A program made the translations under genes and the position numbers. Below are positions 61,205-64,000 of a stretch of 64,000 nt of DNA, piece after piece (the stretch's first letter is position 1; each line of letters opens with the position of its first letter). The DNA lies in NCBI GenBank assembly GCA_052279835.1, contig CP181291.1:2432001-2496000 (forward strand), read 5' to 3'. This DNA is from Microcoleus sp. GTDB taxonomy: Bacteria > Cyanobacteriota > Cyanobacteriia > Cyanobacteriales > Microcoleaceae. The notes under the pieces were generated by a model. It was not told where the DNA came from and did no database searches. It saw nothing but the letters and a program-made list of their open reading frames with translations.

Positions 61205-61431
61205 TCGTCTGCACTGAGGATATCTTCCGACAAAGGAGCGTCGAAATCATCTGGAACGGTAAACTCGCCTGCACACAAACCAAATGGTCGCAATTGCTTG
61301 CTGCTAGAAATAGGTCTGAGTTCGGCGATCGGCTTATCTGCTTGCAGGATCACAAAAGTTGCACCTGCTTCCACTTGACGCAGATACTTTGAAGGATCGC
61401 GTTGAATTTCGTCAACTGTAACGTTCAACAT
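61201..61431 (-). CDS. Phd/YefM-like antitoxin (orphan)
   Basis: YLRQVEAG..FVI..KPIAELRP, RPFGL, VPDDFDAPL; no PIN toxin follows. Confidence 0.8.
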   Translation of the reverse strand: MLNVTVDEIQRDPSKYLRQVEAGATFVILQADKPIAELRPISSSKQLRPFGLCAGEFTVPDDFDAPLSEDILSADD

Positions 61432-61532
61432 AAAAATGCCTCAGTATAAAGCTCAAAAGCAGTTTCATGGTCTTTCTCAACAACCGCAGTGAAGGTTCTG
61501 ATAAAGTTAAACCAAAGTAGATGAAATAACCA

Positions 61533-61760
61533 TTATAACTGAGATAGCAACCTGTCGTACTCTGCGTGTGAACCAACCCAAAACTAAATCGCGTTATCTC
61601 CATCCAACTGACCAACGGCTCGATAGTTGTTGCTGATTCTAGCAGAGTAGATTGGTAACTCTGGATGCACTTTTTTGAAACGCAGACTTGGATAACGGCG
61701 ATCCAATAGCTGCAAGCTTCGTTAACGCATCTTGCTCACTTGCAGACAAGGTTTTTAACT
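61533..61760 (-). pseudogene. Collapsed antitoxin-toxin remnant
   Basis: 61723-61760 matches 62601-62638 (antitoxin); 61533-61696 matches the toxin at 58214-58377 but has an internal TAG. Confidence 0.8.
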
Positions 61761-62125
61761 ACAACTCTTCTATCATCACCAATCCACCTTCTGTGAACTG
61801 AATTACAAGTTCTTGCTCGTTAAGCAAAGCAGTTCCAATCAGAGGCCTTCGCCCTGTAGCGAATATACGAACTTCTCGTTCTTCCCCGTCCCAAAGGATG
61901 ATTGCTTCGTGAACTGCTACTAGGACTTCACTGTTATCTGCTAAGTTTACAGGCAGATCGTACAGGAAGGGCAACCCTAGCAAGGTAACTGCCTCCGGTG
62001 GCAAACATAGGTAGTCAGTGAACCCCGTGTCTATGACAAACTCGATCGGGAAAGTCAAGCCTCTTGGGAGGAGAAACGTCAACAAGGGCGATCGCGTGCC
62101 GATCGGTCACAATACCAGAAATCAC
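61759..62125 (-). CDS. Clan AA (retropepsin-like) aspartic protease; +1 frameshift at 62086-62088
   Basis: IDTGFT catalytic motif and LIG; GTG 62125 overlaps the upstream stop; removing one C gives MISGIVTDRHAIALLTFLLP. Confidence 0.8.
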
Positions 62126-62394
62126 TTGTTAACACGCTCCATTACACCACCAAATGAGGCAGCCACATTGTAACCAATACGAATGCCAAAAAGTCGAGCA
62201 TACGGATGCTTTACTCTCAGACTACGTGCGGCTTTTAGCCCAGTTTTATCAACTTCGTAATCACCTGTTTCAATGTCAATGATGACCATTTTGCCAATAT
62301 TTTCTTCTAACTCTATTTTTTGGCGGATGGTGCTCTCATACAAATGTTTCGCACGACGCGCAACTTCTTCACGACTCAAAAGAATTGTTTGCAT
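62122..62394 (-). CDS. Small conserved protein translationally coupled to the aspartic protease
   Basis: GKMVIIDIETGDYEVD, IRIG; GTGA overlap. Confidence 0.75.
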   Translation of the reverse strand: MQTILLSREEVARRAKHLYESTIRQKIELEENIGKMVIIDIETGDYEVDKTGLKAARSLRVKHPYARLFGIRIGYNVAASFGGVMERVNK

Positions 62395-62450
62395 ACATTT
62401 CCTCTTTTTTGTAATTCTTGCTCTTGTTATGGATATGATAGCTCACTACT

Positions 62451-62669
62451 TTACAATGTTTCTGGATCGAGTTCTTGGGTTTTACCTGCGCGATACTCAG
62501 CCATTGCGGAGGCTGCAAGTTTGGCAAGAACATCGGGAGAACTAGAAAATGCTCGATCCCATCTTAGATCGTCTTGAAGTTCTTCCAAAATCATTGAGGC
62601 TAACGCATCTTGCTCACTTGCAGACAAGGTTTTCAACTTAGCGATCGCACGCTCAAGTAACTCAGTCAT
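62451..62669 (-). CDS. Putative antitoxin (partner of the RelE/ParE-like fragments)
   Basis: MTELLERAI...EQDALA..ILEEL..D..WD..F...LAKLA..A.AEYRAG; acidic. Confidence 0.75.
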   Translation of the reverse strand: MTELLERAIAKLKTLSASEQDALASMILEELQDDLRWDRAFSSSPDVLAKLAASAMAEYRAGKTQELDPETL

Positions 62670-62843
62670 GGCTAGCACTCTCTTAGCATCAAAATGGTAT
62701 CTTATTTATTGTCGCTTATTCCTTGCAAGTTGAGCGACTTTCAACTTGCGAGGGTGCGATCGCCCTTTCCAAAAATAGCAATCTTCGCAGAACAATAATA
62801 CTAGAAACTAAAAGAGCGATCGCACGCTTATTGAAGGCTACTG

Positions 62844-63050
62844 TTACAGATATTCTTCCCTAATCCCAGCATCCTTAAGAATACTTCTTAAGGTTCCAGT
62901 AGGTAAGTCTCTATTGCTATGCACAGGAATAGAGAGGATAACTGCAACATCCTCTTTTGCGTAGATATGATGGCTACCAGTAATTCTTTTTAGTTCCCAA
63001 CCATATCGCTCAACAATTTTGCAGAGTGCTTTGCCAGAAACAGATTTCAT
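62844..63050 (-). CDS. hicA: HicA-family toxin
   Basis: GWEL.RITGSHHIY, IPVH, GTLRSILKDAG. Confidence 0.92.
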   Translation of the reverse strand: MKSVSGKALCKIVERYGWELKRITGSHHIYAKEDVAVILSIPVHSNRDLPTGTLRSILKDAGIREEYL

Positions 63051-63247
63051 AGAGATAACTCAATTAACTGTTTATCGGGCGCAAGTTCATTTTGCTGACT
63101 GGCGACTTCAAGCCAACCCTGAACAGCATCTTCCAGCATCTCTAACAATTGTTCGTAACTCTCTCCCCATGTGTGACAACCTGGAAGTGCTGGAACTGAG
63201 CCGCACCATACGCCATCTTCTTGCCAGATAATCGCCTTAATCTTCAT
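63047..63247 (-). CDS. hicB: HicB-family antitoxin (short, upstream of hicA)
   Basis: VPALPGCHTWGES; ATGA overlap with hicA. Confidence 0.9.
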   Translation of the reverse strand: MKIKAIIWQEDGVWCGSVPALPGCHTWGESYEQLLEMLEDAVQGWLEVASQQNELAPDKQLIELSL

Positions 63248-63365
63248 GAGCAATCTCTCATAGCTATCTGAATAGGATTTTAGCGCATCGCTTCAAAACT
63301 TGCGATGGCGCGATCGACCCACTGGTAATTTTGAGGTATTGGATATTGCGATCCAGCGTTGGGAA

Positions 63366-63959
63366 CTACAATTCATCAATCGTCAAAGCCAAGCCCGTCC
63401 ATAATGCCTCAATCGCATCAGAGATAGCGCGATCTGTGTCAGTAGATTTATGTAAGCCAATATTTTCAGACAACGCAAGGTTATGCAAGTATGAGAGTAT
63501 GAGTGCTGCTGACGAGGCAACATTGTCTTTGCGAATTCGCCCTAATTCTGCCTCAGCATTCAGATATTCTGTCAGCTTACTGCCAAGTTGTATCCCAGGC
63601 ATGGTGTGACGTTTCAAAAAGGTTTGCAGATCGAAAGATGGATGGCTGATGAGTGATAAAAAAACTGGCATCACTTCACGGAAGTAGACAACAATCTGCA
63701 AGCTCACCGATTTCAGGTTTGTAGTCACTTGTTTCTGACCGGGCTGAACGCTGAATATTACCTCAAGTTGAGCTTCTGGTGGAACCATCGCAGCAAAGAA
63801 AAGATCTTCTTTCGTGCCAAATCGCTGAAAAATAACCGCCTCAGAAATCCCAGCCATTTTAGCTAGAGTCCGTGTAGAAGCTTTTGCCCCCTCTTTAAGA
63901 AAGAGCGATCGCGCCACAGCGAGAATGTATTCATCTGTAACGGTTTTATGGCGGGGCAT
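63366..63959 (-). CDS. TetR/AcrR-family regulator
   Basis: ILAVARSLF..G..STRTLAKMAGISEAVIFQRFGTKEDLF. Confidence 0.92.
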   Translation of the reverse strand: MPRHKTVTDEYILAVARSLFLKEGAKASTRTLAKMAGISEAVIFQRFGTKEDLFFAAMVPPEAQLEVIFSVQPGQKQVTTNLKSVSLQIVVYFREVMPVFLSLISHPSFDLQTFLKRHTMPGIQLGSKLTEYLNAEAELGRIRKDNVASSAALILSYLHNLALSENIGLHKSTDTDRAISDAIEALWTGLALTIDEL

Positions 63960-64000
63960 TAAATTTTATTCAGGTTTAAGTTTGTTTGAGCGTGTTTACA

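Noticed and set aside
57660..63360. Integron cassette array
   Set aside because: No intI and no recurring attC-like structure recognised; the repeats present are TA-derived duplications.
591..63609. Numerous antisense or nested ORFs in the track (e.g. 8640-9386, 38339-38839, 43989-44504, 48071-48520)
   Set aside because: Shadow frames of well-supported genes, with no recognisable motifs.
1..64000. High density of GCGATCGC
   Set aside because: This is the known cyanobacterial HIP1 octamer; useful for taxonomy but not novel.

Overview
This 64-kb window is chromosomal DNA from a filamentous, probably non-heterocystous (Oscillatoriales/Microcoleus-like) cyanobacterium: HIP1 (GCGATCGC) is abundant, a sepJ homologue is present, and heptamer tandem repeats are common. 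From left to right it holds: (1) a divergent chemosensory cluster atypical for cyanobacteria (cheA-cheW-cheR opposite hybrid kinase, REC-adenylate cyclase, cheY, cheC, a soluble poly-HAMP MCP and a partial REC-like ORF), with a +1 frameshift near the cheA 3' end; (2) an HstK-type Ser/Thr-His kinase, a clpC paralogue, moeB-mec, the hisZ/dnaJ/suhB/ferredoxin cluster, tRNA-Ser, sepJ and a PiT transporter; (3) rplS-tRNA-Trp-secE-nusG-rplKAJL, with an orphan IS605/TnpB right end (omegaRNA scaffold) after tRNA-Trp; (4) NCS2-guaD, crtD, a repeat-rich RHH/coiled-coil protein, an XRE-PAS-His kinase fusion and a kinase-FGE protein; (5) an accessory region with a LysR-linked redox/membrane operon, a Septu-like PtuAB pair, a BigR/SqrR-type persulfide cluster and a mosaic of toxin-antitoxin fragments. 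The strongest unexplained signal is a ~475-nt non-coding segment (about 50244-50719). By hand it folds into a multi-domain RNA with long nested helices, GAAA/UUCG tetraloops, a 9-nt loop-loop pseudoknot and a closing stem, and I cannot assign it to any known family. All calls come from reading motifs by eye; no searches or folding programs were run.
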